From a virus (taxonomy: Duplodnaviria > Caudoviricetes): a stretch of 56,891 nt of DNA. The notes beneath the pieces were generated by a model. That model saw nothing but the letters and a program-made list of their open reading frames with translations, ran no database searches and was not told the DNA's origin. Where the stretch lies: positions 1 to 56,891 of the IMG/VR virus record IMGVR_UViG_3300024261_000036; one strand, given 5' to 3'. How positions within the stretch are numbered: position 1 is the stretch's first letter; each line of letters starts with the position of its first letter. Position numbers and translations under genes: made by a program. Positions 35,151 to 45,469 of the stretch are shown here, piece after piece.

Positions 35151-37370
35151 CTATCTAAAAATCCTTCTATTGTAACCCTTTGTGAAAACAGTTACAATCT
35201 CGTCTTCCTGTAACGCTCTTTTCCATAGCGCCACGCTCTTTATCTTTCCGTCGAATTCGTTTGTGGTGGAGTTCCCCTCTGCACCGATGGAATTAAACCT
35301 TACACCGCCACCGTCACCAGACGAGAAATAATCCTGACCTGGAGCTATCGTTGCATCATCAAGCAGCGACACGGTTGATTGGGGCAATGCTCCAAAGTTG
35401 CTGTAAACTTTTAAGCTCCCATTTAAAAGGTCTATTATCCCAGCCACAAAGTACCACTCTCCCGCGACATAAGTTGACCCGCTGGTTGTCAACTGCAATG
35501 CAGACGTTGGAGGAGGAGTGTCTCTTCCGCCAAAAGTGACGTTTCCGCCAACGTCAGTGGTGAGCCACAGCTTTCCTCCTGCTGTGGATGCTGGCAAATA
35601 AAACAACCCCATTCTTGCCACAACGTCCGCATTAAACCAGGCTGAAACAGTAGCCGCAGTGCTCCCCCCCAGGTCTGCGCTTATATTCCCAAGGGTGTCT
35701 TCGGTTATAAAAGAGTTGTCCGTACCTGCGAACTCATAACAAAGGCCAAAGGATGTGTCGTACACAAGAGACGGTGGATTCGCCCCATCTGGGATGTATG
35801 AATATCCGCCAACTGCATCGCCATGCTCGTCATTGTCCTGGTCTCTGATAAACTCGGGCTCAAGTATGAAGTTTGCGTCTGGCCTTGGGATGCCGCGTTC
35901 TCTTGGCTTCTTGACTTCCTGGAGCGTGAACTCCATGGACCGGTCATTGGTGGAATAGTTGCCACCATGCTGTACATATGGCTCCGATGTCACGTTGCCA
36001 ATGACTTGCTTCGGCGTCTGGCTTCCTATTACGTCGCCAGAAACAAGAAGTCGGGGCATCTTGGAGAATGCGCGTTCCGATGGAGTCAGAGGGCCGTAGC
36101 CATATCGCCCTTCGACTATGACGTCAGCAAGCTGCTGAGGGCTGAGGGCAGAGTGGTAGTTCCTGAAGTCATCTATCGCTCCGATGAAACCACTAACGGC
36201 GGCCCCAAAGACAATGTCTCTTGTAGCGAGAGCGACAGCATAGGCGAAGGTGCTCGACCCGGCCAACGCACCGTTTCGGTAAAGCTTCAGCGTAACGGTT
36301 GTCGGCACGTCAGCAGTGTAGACAAGCGCAAAGTGAACCCACTCCTCGTCAACACTGTTGTTTGGGTCCGCGATGCTTATGTCCGAGGCAGACACGCTTA
36401 CCCCGCGATTAAGCACCATCTGAGTCCCACTAAATGAAAATGACCAAGACGGGAAAACCGGAGCGCCTATCTGGCTGACCACATCCTGTGTGCCGCCCAG
36501 AGCCTCCGGTCTAACCCAAAAGCAAACAGTCTGGTCTATCTCATTGGACAACTGAGGCACGTCGGCACCAGCATAAGAAACAGTTTGGCTGGTCGAGAAG
36601 AAAAGAGAGCCCTCCCCGGACTTCTTCACCTGGCACCCAGAGGCCACATCAGTAACAAGCGCAGAGCTTGCGGCGCCCTGTTTCCCGCCGATGCGGTCCA
36701 CAAAATCCAATGGATAGTCGAATGGGCAATACATCACCATGTCGTTTGCAGATTGCCATTCGTAAACGCCCTGGATGAATGAAGCATCAGCGGCAAACGG
36801 CAGTATGACTAGATCGTCTATGTCGGGGACGATGGATGAGTCTATCGTTATAACGCCATTCTCTACAGATAAAACAAGGGGAAGCCCGACTCCAGCCTCT
36901 CCGTTTTCATATGTTTCGTTGGTTGTCGCGTCGTTGACTTCAGCGTAATGATACCAATCCAGGCCATCAAACGCCCAGAGCATAACTGTATATTTCGTGG
37001 TTGGCAAGCCAATGTCAAAAGACACGTCTGAAGTCATCTCGGCCCTGCCCGACCCAAACCTGCTGTCACCGGATTGGACACAGGATATGCTGGCTATGGT
37101 GCCCGAGGTTGGCCCCACCCCAGAGTCGCTCCACACGTCCTTGTCGAAGGAGAAGTGATGACCGCGCCCAGACACAAGCCCTTCCACCGTATCGGCCACT
37201 GAAGGGCTCTGAAACAGCATGTTGCCCGTCCAGGACCTTGGCAGCAGTCTTCGATTAATAAGCGCACGGTTAGTGAACGAACGGCCAGTGTTCCCAAACG
37301 GTGTGGACACCTCCGACATCCCGCCGTTGACAATGGGCACGTTCCAGCCATTGATCTTGAAAAAGCTCAT
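35151..37370 (-). CDS. Distal-tail-like protein with LamG-like inserts
   Basis: WVHFALVY, LYRNG, IDDFRNYHSALS and WKRAL LamG motifs; N-terminus paralogous to 37367..38344. Confidence 0.7.
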   Translation of the reverse strand: MSFFKINGWNVPIVNGGMSEVSTPFGNTGRSFTNRALINRRLLPRSWTGNMLFQSPSVADTVEGLVSGRGHHFSFDKDVWSDSGVGPTSGTIASISCVQSGDSRFGSGRAEMTSDVSFDIGLPTTKYTVMLWAFDGLDWYHYAEVNDATTNETYENGEAGVGLPLVLSVENGVITIDSSIVPDIDDLVILPFAADASFIQGVYEWQSANDMVMYCPFDYPLDFVDRIGGKQGAASSALVTDVASGCQVKKSGEGSLFFSTSQTVSYAGADVPQLSNEIDQTVCFWVRPEALGGTQDVVSQIGAPVFPSWSFSFSGTQMVLNRGVSVSASDISIADPNNSVDEEWVHFALVYTADVPTTVTLKLYRNGALAGSSTFAYAVALATRDIVFGAAVSGFIGAIDDFRNYHSALSPQQLADVIVEGRYGYGPLTPSERAFSKMPRLLVSGDVIGSQTPKQVIGNVTSEPYVQHGGNYSTNDRSMEFTLQEVKKPRERGIPRPDANFILEPEFIRDQDNDEHGDAVGGYSYIPDGANPPSLVYDTSFGLCYEFAGTDNSFITEDTLGNISADLGGSTAATVSAWFNADVVARMGLFYLPASTAGGKLWLTTDVGGNVTFGGRDTPPPTSALQLTTSGSTYVAGEWYFVAGIIDLLNGSLKVYSNFGALPQSTVSLLDDATIAPGQDYFSSGDGGGVRFNSIGAEGNSTTNEFDGKIKSVALWKRALQEDEIVTVFTKGYNRRIFR

Positions 37371-38344
37371 ATCGACTCCGGGTATCTGGTGTATTCACCT
37401 TCGCCATCCTGGATGACGCCTCCAGAGAGCCTTAAAACAGGAAGCCCAAACGGGGAGACAGGCGTCACCGCGTCAGGGTCGTTTTTGTACCCATCGAGAT
37501 ACTCGGTCAGCTTGAACGCAACGGTCTTGGCATTATTGGCCCCAGGCTTTTGCATATAAGCAATAGATGTGACCTCTCCAGTTACCGGCACACTTGGGTA
37601 TTCCGTTTGCTCGGAATAAGGAGAGACACTGAGCTGCGAGACAAAATAATCTGGCGCGACATAAGGCAGGATGAACATGTCCGAGATGATCGCGCTACCG
37701 CCATTTAAGTCCAGTGAAATATAAAGAATGCCATCAAGCACCCGGACCGACATCCCAAAACCAACAACATCCACGTACAATATGGTATTCATTGTTCCGG
37801 TCTCATATCGAGATTCATCGCCGTTGACATAGACGCTTCCATCGGACCTGAAAACAACCGGCACCATGTTTGCCGATCCATCATAAACAATGAACATTGC
37901 CGTCCACTTATCATCCTCTAGCTGACAGTCCCACGCGAAACAGTCTAAGGATGGGTCCGCATTAGGGGGGACAATCTCCAAAGACCCGCCCGACCAGTAA
38001 TCGCCGGTCGTATTGGTATAGCTGATGCCACCTGATCCATAATCGGTAGTTATCCCACGCGCATTGTATCCGGGAAGAGGTGAAAGCCCAGTCTGGGAGG
38101 TTGGCCCTTCTTTGAATGACCAATAATGCCCCTCTCCATTAATCATATTAATGAAGCCATCAGCCACATCAAAGTCCTGGAAGAGCGCAGTGGCCTCCCA
38201 GGTTCTTCGATATTCTCGTGATGAGGATCGAAGCTCCCCACGAAACGAGCGGTTAGCATCGTTTATCTTCTCAACGCCCCTGGTGCATTGGTTCATCACG
38301 ATTGGTATATTGATGGCGTTCAGCCAAAGAAAGGGTACTGCCAT
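37367..38344 (-). CDS. Distal-tail-like protein
   Basis: First gene after the tape measure gene (TGATG overlap). Confidence 0.65.
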   Translation of the reverse strand: MAVPFLWLNAINIPIVMNQCTRGVEKINDANRSFRGELRSSSREYRRTWEATALFQDFDVADGFINMINGEGHYWSFKEGPTSQTGLSPLPGYNARGITTDYGSGGISYTNTTGDYWSGGSLEIVPPNADPSLDCFAWDCQLEDDKWTAMFIVYDGSANMVPVVFRSDGSVYVNGDESRYETGTMNTILYVDVVGFGMSVRVLDGILYISLDLNGGSAIISDMFILPYVAPDYFVSQLSVSPYSEQTEYPSVPVTGEVTSIAYMQKPGANNAKTVAFKLTEYLDGYKNDPDAVTPVSPFGLPVLRLSGGVIQDGEGEYTRYPESI

Positions 38345-41300
38345 CAGCTTCCTCTGCCTCCGCCGCCGTTCCACCAGTTAGACCCTGACTTGGTCGTGGG
38401 GAACGGGGTTCCACCTTGCGCCATGTGGTCCCTTGATGATTTCTCTGCAATCATATTAGCGAGCTGGTCTGGGTTGGTCGCATCATCTATTCTCATCTCT
38501 CCTATGTTGATGATCATATTATTGCCACCCATTAATGAGTCTGTCGCCATGCTTCTACCCATGAACGCGGAGCCCATGGGTCCTGCCCCACCGGGCATAG
38601 CGCCTGGATCGAGCATTTGACGTGTCAGGTCTGCGATGTCTTTAGCAGCGCCCTCGAACGTGGCCGCGACACCGTCCAGGACAGAACTCCACCTCTGTGG
38701 GTCCGTAGCTTCTGACAGTTTGCTCAGGATTTCGTCACCGGGGGATGAGCTGCTAGATAATGCACTGGCGAAAGCGCTGGACATCCTGCTGAAATACTCG
38801 CGACCGGAAAGATCGAGGATATTGCCTCCGCCGCCCGCCGAAACTCCGCCCACAGCGTCCATCGCCTTGAATCTATGAAGAGCGACCTTGAACCCTGAAG
38901 GGACGTTGGACAGGCTTTCACCGAACTCTTTCGCGTTTTTATCTTCGTCTGCCTGATCGGCAAGAGCGTTTGCCCTGGCGTCGGCCTCTGCCTCAGTCGA
39001 TTTAAGCAGGTCTCTCATTTTTTCATGCATCTTATCAAGGTCAGGCATCATGCCGTTGAGTCCATCAATAACAGATTGGTTTAACTCATCGAAGTCTGGT
39101 ACCAGGCCATCGGCTGCAGCTTCGGCGTCCTCTGCTGCGTTGTTTAGACCAGTAGTGACCGGTGAAAGGATGGCTGGGCCGGGGATCAACTCATCTATCT
39201 CCTTGAAGATGTTTGCCAGTCCGCGCATTAGCCATGCAATGACATTGACCACTCCCTGCGCAATGGTCTCCATCAGGTTGCCCATAAACTGGTGGATCGG
39301 ATTGCCAAATCCCCCAACAAGTATGCTCAATACGCCAGAGACAAAATACCCAATCCCAAGAAGCAGCATTCCGATTCCGACTGCCAGCATCTTGAATCCC
39401 TGGAAGAGCACACTGGAAAGTCCTGCACCGTTCGCGAACGATCCTGCAAGCGGCAGCATAATGTCCATCAAGTAATCAAACAGCCCAACAAGTGGCATTA
39501 CGGCTCCCCACAGCGGGTCAAGAGCCATGACGATCTTGTCAATAGACACGGAAAGCGCATCTTGCGCCCTTCCGCGTTGAGACACATAATCATCATCAGC
39601 GAACTTGGGGTCCTTAAACAGGAGGGCCGTAAAGAATCCACCGAGGGCAGCAGTGAGGATGCCGAGGCCACCTGTCAGGATCCCTGCAACGCCGAGGATA
39701 AACAAGGCAATGGCACCAAAGAGGAGTACCAGTGGCGGGATAATGACACTTGCGATGCCCGCGATTGCCAACACTACGGCAACGATGGTTGCGACAATAG
39801 CTGCGATAACAGCAAAGACTATGCTGACGATGGCAAGAGCCAGGAAGCCGATGGCCGCTATGACCGGTGCAAATATTACAACAAAAGCCAAGGCTGCGGC
39901 TATCATGATGGGAGCCACAATGCTTGTCACGAGCAGACCGACGCCTGCTATAACTGGTCCAAATATCATTGCGAAGGCTGTGGCTGCAGCCAAGGCGAAG
40001 GCAGCGACAATGGCAGCCACAACATGTAAAATGCCTACCACAATGGCAGCGGCAATGGTGACAATGGCACCGACAATAATGGCAGTGGTAGTAGCGACCG
40101 TGCCGACAATGGAGGAGACAATGGCACCGGCGACGGTCGCAATGGCACCGAGAATAGCAGCAGAAATCGCAGCAATGGCGGCAGAAGCAGCTATGACGGG
40201 GGCAAGTGCAGATCCGACTGGAAGGCTTGCTTGCCCGCCCATCCTTACCGCATCGGAAAGCCTTTGGTCCTCAACCACCTTGTCCATCTGGTCGGCCAAA
40301 GAGTCGGCCATCTTCTTGAACGCACCGGCAGTGTTATCGAATATAACCTTGGCGGCCTTTTTGGCCGCATTGACAATGGCCTTGGCGGCTTTGCTTGCCG
40401 CCTTGCCTAGGACCGGCACCATTTCGACAATTGCCCCGGCAAGTGCCCCGATAGCTGCGCCTATGAGGGGGGTAAACTCAGTGATGGCGTACCCGATGCC
40501 TCCGCCGATGACGGCTCCCCATCCGCCTACAGCAGACGTCAGGGCTGTGCCAACGGTGACCCCAAAAGTCACTGCCGGCCCCTGCATGGTTTTGGCCCAC
40601 GGTGCCAGCGCTGTTCCAATCGCACCGCCGATGCTGGCAAAAACCCCGGTAAAAGCTCCCGCTATTTTTCCGCTCGCTTTGGAGAGACCAGTTTTCAGCG
40701 CGCTGGCCATCCCCTCTTTGACGGGCTGCTCCATGCCCTTGAAGAACTTTGCCGACTTAAAGCTGCCGAATATCCCCTCGGATATCTTATCAAGGCTACC
40801 CTTAATCTCAACCTGCGGGTCTATTACCTTGATACTATCCCATTCAAGCGCAACCTCGTCTGCCCTCTTGGCTATATTGGCCATGACCTCTACTAGCTTG
40901 TTCTTTTCAAATTCAGTGCCGGTCGCGTCTACCTTTTCCTGAAGGTGCGCGAACGCCTTGGCAAGTTCCTCGGGTCTCTTGCTCACATCCTCTTTTGAGA
41001 GAACCTCGGCAAGCCCCTCAACCCTTAGACCTGCGAACGTCCCGGCGAGCTTCTTGGATTCTTTCCCCAGCTCATCCAGCCTCGCTTTATCCTCGGCGTT
41101 TACCTTGAGCCGCTCAAAGACCAGGCGAACCTTCTCGCTTTCCTTTTCACTTGGCTTCAGTGTCTTATCAAGATCGGTCTTTTCTATCTTGACTTCTATC
41201 TTTTTGATCTCAAGGCGTCGGAGTCCTTCGGATTTCTTCTCTAGATTGTCCCTGCCACCAGCAATGCCTTCAATGTCGCCCATGAGCTTGAGCATCTCCT

Positions 41301-44300
41301 GGCTGACCGGCGATCCCTCCATCCTGAGCTTTAAGTCGAGGGGCTTCCAGCTGTCCTTAAATGCGGCAAGGGATGCCGCGTATGCTCGCGTTGCTTCAGC
41401 TATTTTATTGCTGAGTTCCCCCAACTCGTCGCTCAGAGACTTGATCTTTTCTGCTAGGCCGCTCTCGTCTACTGGCGCGACGAAGTCTGGGACCTCCGCC
41501 TTCGTCTTGGCTTTTTCTTCCCCTCTGGCCGCTTTGTCTATCATCCTCCAGGCTATCCGCTCATTGGCCTCCGCCATGGCTGGGATGACGTCATTTTTCA
41601 CGTTTTCAAGAAGAGCGTCTCCTGACCTTTGAGCCGTCTGGCCTTCTAGGTCAAATATACTCCCATAATTTCTAAACTCCCCCTTGCCTTCAAGATTATC
41701 TGTCGCGAGATCGATAGCCCTGCTGCTCTGGAGCGACGCACCCGTAATATCCTTGGCGTAAGCTACCTTAATCTTTCTCTCGTTTAGTGCTACTTTGATC
41801 AGCTTGCTTGCTGTATCTAGCTGCGTCTTCGCCATTTTGTCGAAAGCTTTTTTCTGAGCCTTCGTCCGCGTCTTCTCACCCTTCGCCTGCTCCTTTGCCA
41901 ATTTTTTGGCCAGGCGCTCCTTGTTTTTTTCTGCGGCGATTACGGCGTCGTTAGCCTTTCTAATAATCTCAAGCTGCTTGCCGAGTGTAGCCTTGAGGCG
42001 CTTATCCATCCCCCCCGTGGTCAGGTCCCTGATCTTTTCCGCCGCCTCGGCATCACCCTTGGGCAGTTTCCCGAAAACATTATCCTCTGCTGCTTTCTGA
42101 ACCCTGCTGCTATCTACTGTTACGTCGATGGCGAGGTTTTTTGCATCCAGTAGGAAATCGTCAAGCTTCTTCTCAAGCGGCTCGAACACCCATGTTGCCA
42201 TGCTCGCTATAAACTGGAACAGGTTGATGAACATGTTCTTAATGCTGTCGGTCGACTCAGCGAAAGCGTTCTCAAAGGCACCTGCAATGTCGTAGGTTTT
42301 ACCCTCGACCTGTTCCATTATCGCGAGAGTACCAGCGAACGCTCCGACAAGAATGCCTCCAACGAGTATGCCTTTCGCGCCAAGTCCAACCATGGCCATC
42401 TTGCTCATCTTCGTCACATGGGATAGCTGCTGGAACCCAAGGCTAGCGATGGTTAACGACGCCGCAACGTCAAGGATCTTAACTGCGACAAACCCTATGC
42501 CTCCGCCGACTGCTCCAAATTTGGCAGCAGTCACCATGAAGTCTTTAATCCTGTCGTCGAGGTTCCTGGCTCCTACGGCAGCGTCCTCGAAGTCCTTAAC
42601 AAGCTTTTTCACTTCGGGGAGCAACTTGTCCCCAAGTGCCTTGGCGAACGTCTGGACGTTGCTCACGAGTTTGCTGATTGCGCCGCTCAAAGTGTTGAGC
42701 TGCCTCTCCTCGATGATGCTTGCCAGGTCTTCTTGCTTGGCTTTCTCTATGCCGGAGGACAGACTGACGAGAGACTGCGTGCCCTGGGCAACGAGAGCTG
42801 CCATCTTTGGCCCAGCCCTCTCCGCAAACACCTCGAACACGCGGCTAAGGAACAGTGCCTCCTGGCCTGACGCCTTCATCTTGTCTCGTTGAACTTCAAG
42901 GGCAGCGACAACCTTTAGAAAGCCATCCTTGCCGGCTATCATGTCGGAAGATATCCCAAGCTTGTCCATGGCAACTTTAGCCTTCTTGGACGGCTTAATC
43001 ATCGCAACCATGGCTCGCTTAAGACCGGTACCGGCTTCCGTGCCGCGCACACCCACGTTACCCAGAAGGCCAATGGTCGCAGCGAGGTCTTCGATTGGGA
43101 TATTGAGCTGCTTGGCAACCGGGCCGGCGATCTTCAGAGACTCGTTCAAGTCCGTTAGGCTGACGTTCGACGAAGTAAACGCACCGACAAGGACGTTGGC
43201 AGCATCCTTGGTTTTCTGGGCGAGGATTTCTGTGGCCCTGGTCCTAGACATAACCTTGCCGGTATCAGCCTCGAACTCCTCCATTATCTTGTCTGATGTT
43301 ATGCCGAACCCAGCCATCGCATTGGTGACAATGTTGGCGGAGTCAGCCATGGACAGATTGGCTGCTGTTGCAAGTTTGGCCACCGTGGGCATCGCTGCTA
43401 TAATGTCGCTGGCATTAAACCCGGCCATAGCCATGAAGTTCATGCCTTCGCCGACTGCTTTTGCCGTATGCTCTGTCTCGTTTGCTAGGTCTATGGCGGA
43501 CTTCGACATCCGAGAAAAGTTGCTCTCGAAGTCGTCGCCCGTGCCCGTTGTAACTGTCGCCGCACGGACCAGTGATGCCTCAAAGTCCTTGGACACCTTT
43601 GTTACAGCAACGATGGCAGCAGTGGATGCAATGCCCATGACGGCAAAGCCACGTGACAGGCTCCTAAGATGCTGGTTGACACCACTAAGGGCACCACTCA
43701 TCTCGGAGAGCCTCGCCCTCCTGGCGTTATGCATTGCCTGTTCCGCACGGTGGCTATTGCGAATCAGTGCCATGCGCTGCTTGAGCATGGCGCTTTTCTT
43801 GCGCTCCGCAGCCTTCGCGTCGGCAATGTCCTTCTTCTTCAGCGCTGCCGACTCTCTAGCCGCTTTCTTCTCTGCGGCCATCGTTTCGTTGAAGTGCTTC
43901 TTGGCTAGCGCTACCTGAAGCTTACGCGCCTTCTTTTCCACCGCCAGTCTTTCCGACTCAGCAGCTTTAAGGGCTTTTGTTTTCGCCTTCTCTGCGGCCT
44001 TGGCTATCTCGGCCTCGGCAGCCTTGGCCTTGCGAAACAACTTGTTGTTGCCATCTCGGATCTTCTTCTTCTTGTCCCTTGCATCTTTTATCAGCTTCAG
44101 GTCTTCGGCCAGGTCTCTCTTGACGATGGCTGCCTGCTCCGCCATGTGCCTCTTTTTGATGCCTTGGACATGCAGGAACGCCTTGACCTGCTTTCGCTGG
44201 ACCGCATCCAGCTTCTTCGCCGCATCGAGCTGCTCTTTAGTGCCCTTGTTGTACCACCTCGTAAGCTCTTTGACGGCATCCGTCTGCGCTGCCATAGATT

Positions 44301-44493
44301 TAGACGTAGCATCTATCTTTTTCTTTGTTTTCGATACTTTTGAGTCGGCCTTGCTGAACCCGGACGACATCTTCTCTATCGACTGGGTAACATGGGCCAT
44401 GCGTGAATCGATGGCGTCAAGCGTTTTGATAACCCGCTCAAGCGCCTTCAGGTTTGCCTTGGCGAGAATACTGATTTTTACATTATCAGTCAT
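38344..44493 (-). CDS. Tape measure protein (TP901-family core)
   Basis: Over 2000 aa, Ala-rich; MAMAGF, LATA, G.EAGTGLK motifs; start MTDNVKISILAK. Confidence 0.95.
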   Translation of the reverse strand: MTDNVKISILAKANLKALERVIKTLDAIDSRMAHVTQSIEKMSSGFSKADSKVSKTKKKIDATSKSMAAQTDAVKELTRWYNKGTKEQLDAAKKLDAVQRKQVKAFLHVQGIKKRHMAEQAAIVKRDLAEDLKLIKDARDKKKKIRDGNNKLFRKAKAAEAEIAKAAEKAKTKALKAAESERLAVEKKARKLQVALAKKHFNETMAAEKKAARESAALKKKDIADAKAAERKKSAMLKQRMALIRNSHRAEQAMHNARRARLSEMSGALSGVNQHLRSLSRGFAVMGIASTAAIVAVTKVSKDFEASLVRAATVTTGTGDDFESNFSRMSKSAIDLANETEHTAKAVGEGMNFMAMAGFNASDIIAAMPTVAKLATAANLSMADSANIVTNAMAGFGITSDKIMEEFEADTGKVMSRTRATEILAQKTKDAANVLVGAFTSSNVSLTDLNESLKIAGPVAKQLNIPIEDLAATIGLLGNVGVRGTEAGTGLKRAMVAMIKPSKKAKVAMDKLGISSDMIAGKDGFLKVVAALEVQRDKMKASGQEALFLSRVFEVFAERAGPKMAALVAQGTQSLVSLSSGIEKAKQEDLASIIEERQLNTLSGAISKLVSNVQTFAKALGDKLLPEVKKLVKDFEDAAVGARNLDDRIKDFMVTAAKFGAVGGGIGFVAVKILDVAASLTIASLGFQQLSHVTKMSKMAMVGLGAKGILVGGILVGAFAGTLAIMEQVEGKTYDIAGAFENAFAESTDSIKNMFINLFQFIASMATWVFEPLEKKLDDFLLDAKNLAIDVTVDSSRVQKAAEDNVFGKLPKGDAEAAEKIRDLTTGGMDKRLKATLGKQLEIIRKANDAVIAAEKNKERLAKKLAKEQAKGEKTRTKAQKKAFDKMAKTQLDTASKLIKVALNERKIKVAYAKDITGASLQSSRAIDLATDNLEGKGEFRNYGSIFDLEGQTAQRSGDALLENVKNDVIPAMAEANERIAWRMIDKAARGEEKAKTKAEVPDFVAPVDESGLAEKIKSLSDELGELSNKIAEATRAYAASLAAFKDSWKPLDLKLRMEGSPVSQEMLKLMGDIEGIAGGRDNLEKKSEGLRRLEIKKIEVKIEKTDLDKTLKPSEKESEKVRLVFERLKVNAEDKARLDELGKESKKLAGTFAGLRVEGLAEVLSKEDVSKRPEELAKAFAHLQEKVDATGTEFEKNKLVEVMANIAKRADEVALEWDSIKVIDPQVEIKGSLDKISEGIFGSFKSAKFFKGMEQPVKEGMASALKTGLSKASGKIAGAFTGVFASIGGAIGTALAPWAKTMQGPAVTFGVTVGTALTSAVGGWGAVIGGGIGYAITEFTPLIGAAIGALAGAIVEMVPVLGKAASKAAKAIVNAAKKAAKVIFDNTAGAFKKMADSLADQMDKVVEDQRLSDAVRMGGQASLPVGSALAPVIAASAAIAAISAAILGAIATVAGAIVSSIVGTVATTTAIIVGAIVTIAAAIVVGILHVVAAIVAAFALAAATAFAMIFGPVIAGVGLLVTSIVAPIMIAAALAFVVIFAPVIAAIGFLALAIVSIVFAVIAAIVATIVAVVLAIAGIASVIIPPLVLLFGAIALFILGVAGILTGGLGILTAALGGFFTALLFKDPKFADDDYVSQRGRAQDALSVSIDKIVMALDPLWGAVMPLVGLFDYLMDIMLPLAGSFANGAGLSSVLFQGFKMLAVGIGMLLLGIGYFVSGVLSILVGGFGNPIHQFMGNLMETIAQGVVNVIAWLMRGLANIFKEIDELIPGPAILSPVTTGLNNAAEDAEAAADGLVPDFDELNQSVIDGLNGMMPDLDKMHEKMRDLLKSTEAEADARANALADQADEDKNAKEFGESLSNVPSGFKVALHRFKAMDAVGGVSAGGGGNILDLSGREYFSRMSSAFASALSSSSSPGDEILSKLSEATDPQRWSSVLDGVAATFEGAAKDIADLTRQMLDPGAMPGGAGPMGSAFMGRSMATDSLMGGNNMIINIGEMRIDDATNPDQLANMIAEKSSRDHMAQGGTPFPTTKSGSNWWNGGGGRGS

Positions 44494-44983
44494 CGGAGAC
44501 CCCCTCATCAGGCAGGAAGTCTTCCAGCTCACGGTCCAGGACAATCAGGACTGAGTCATCTTCTTCCTCTACAGGAATGCCGATGTTGTCTTCTTCTTTT
44601 TCTTGACGCGCCCGCATCATTGCCTTGAAGTCTTCAAGGGACTTCTTCCCGGACTGTTTCTCAGCGAACCGAGACTGAACGTATGCATTGCTTTCGACAG
44701 ACTCGGTCTTCCGAAAGTTCCTGGGCAGCAAATCTCTGGGCTTAATCTTCTTCTTCACCCAACAGTTCATGAGGTTGGCGCACGTCCATGCCAGGAGTTC
44801 CATATCTCTCTTTGATTTTTCTTCGTGCGCTTCGACCATCACCCTGAACTCCTTCAACGTCAAGCCGGTCCCTATTTGGTCCGGCAAGCCCCAAAATTGC
44901 TCAGGATGAAGACCGATTTCGCAAGCTATCTTTACAAGCTCGTCGAAGTCGAATCGCTGGTGTCCTGGCCTGGGACGAAAGGG
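44486..44983 (-). CDS. Tail assembly chaperone C-terminal (T) frame, reached by -1 frameshift
   Basis: -1 frame reads FDFDELVKIACEIGLHPEQFWGLP...TLKEF, a typical gpT pattern, without its own strong start. Confidence 0.8.
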   Translation of the reverse strand, partial: PFRPRPGHQRFDFDELVKIACEIGLHPEQFWGLPDQIGTGLTLKEFRVMVEAHEEKSKRDMELLAWTCANLMNCWVKKKIKPRDLLPRNFRKTESVESNAYVQSRFAEKQSGKKSLEDFKAMMRARQEKEEDNIGIPVEEEDDSVLIVLDRELEDFLPDEGVSDD

Positions 44984-45372
44984 TTTTCGTCGTCGCCCTC
45001 GTCGTCATCGTCAGAGTATTGCTCGACGTTCATTGGCAAGCCATCACTGATTGTCTCAATGACAACCTGAAGAAGCTCGGTAAAGTCGCCTGAATCATCG
45101 ATCCATCGTGCCACCTTCGCGGTGGACAGCTTGGCTTCCTTGCCTTTTTTGCCGCTGAACTCATGCGCTACGCCGACCATGAGTGCTTCCATAAGGAAAC
45201 GAAGACCCATCTGCTCTTCATTCAAAATCTTCGTAATGCCACAACCAAAACGCCCCTCAAGCGCTGCTATTTCAGCAGTCCGAAAACGGAGCGTTCTAGT
45301 TTGACCACCAAGGCGAACCTTCGCGATTCCCCTTGGCTTGTTTTTCTCTTCTAATACTTTTTTCTTTCCCAT
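44932..45372 (-). CDS. Tail assembly chaperone (G)
   Basis: GGAGG SD; LGGQTRTLRF...ALE..FG pattern; lies between the major tail and tape measure genes. Confidence 0.8.
   Translation of the reverse strand: MGKKKVLEEKNKPRGIAKVRLGGQTRTLRFRTAEIAALEGRFGCGITKILNEEQMGLRFLMEALMVGVAHEFSGKKGKEAKLSTAKVARWIDDSGDFTELLQVVIETISDGLPMNVEQYSDDDDEGDDENPFVPGQDTSDSTSTSL
44977..44983 (-). other. -1 ribosomal slippery heptamer C CCT TTC
   Basis: X XXY YYZ in frame near the end of the chaperone gene; the -1 frame stays open to 44486. Confidence 0.8.
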
Positions 45373-45469
45373 CACTACCTCCAACAGGCCCCCTGTTGAG
45401 AATATTACCAACACAGCAAGTTCCCATGGCCTGGTGCATGATAAGCACCAGACCATGAAAACGCAATAC

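Noticed and set aside
39292-43918. Long plus-strand ORFs (for example 39605..40942 and 42929..43918)
   Set aside because: Antisense shadows of the Ala-rich tape measure gene with no independent motifs.
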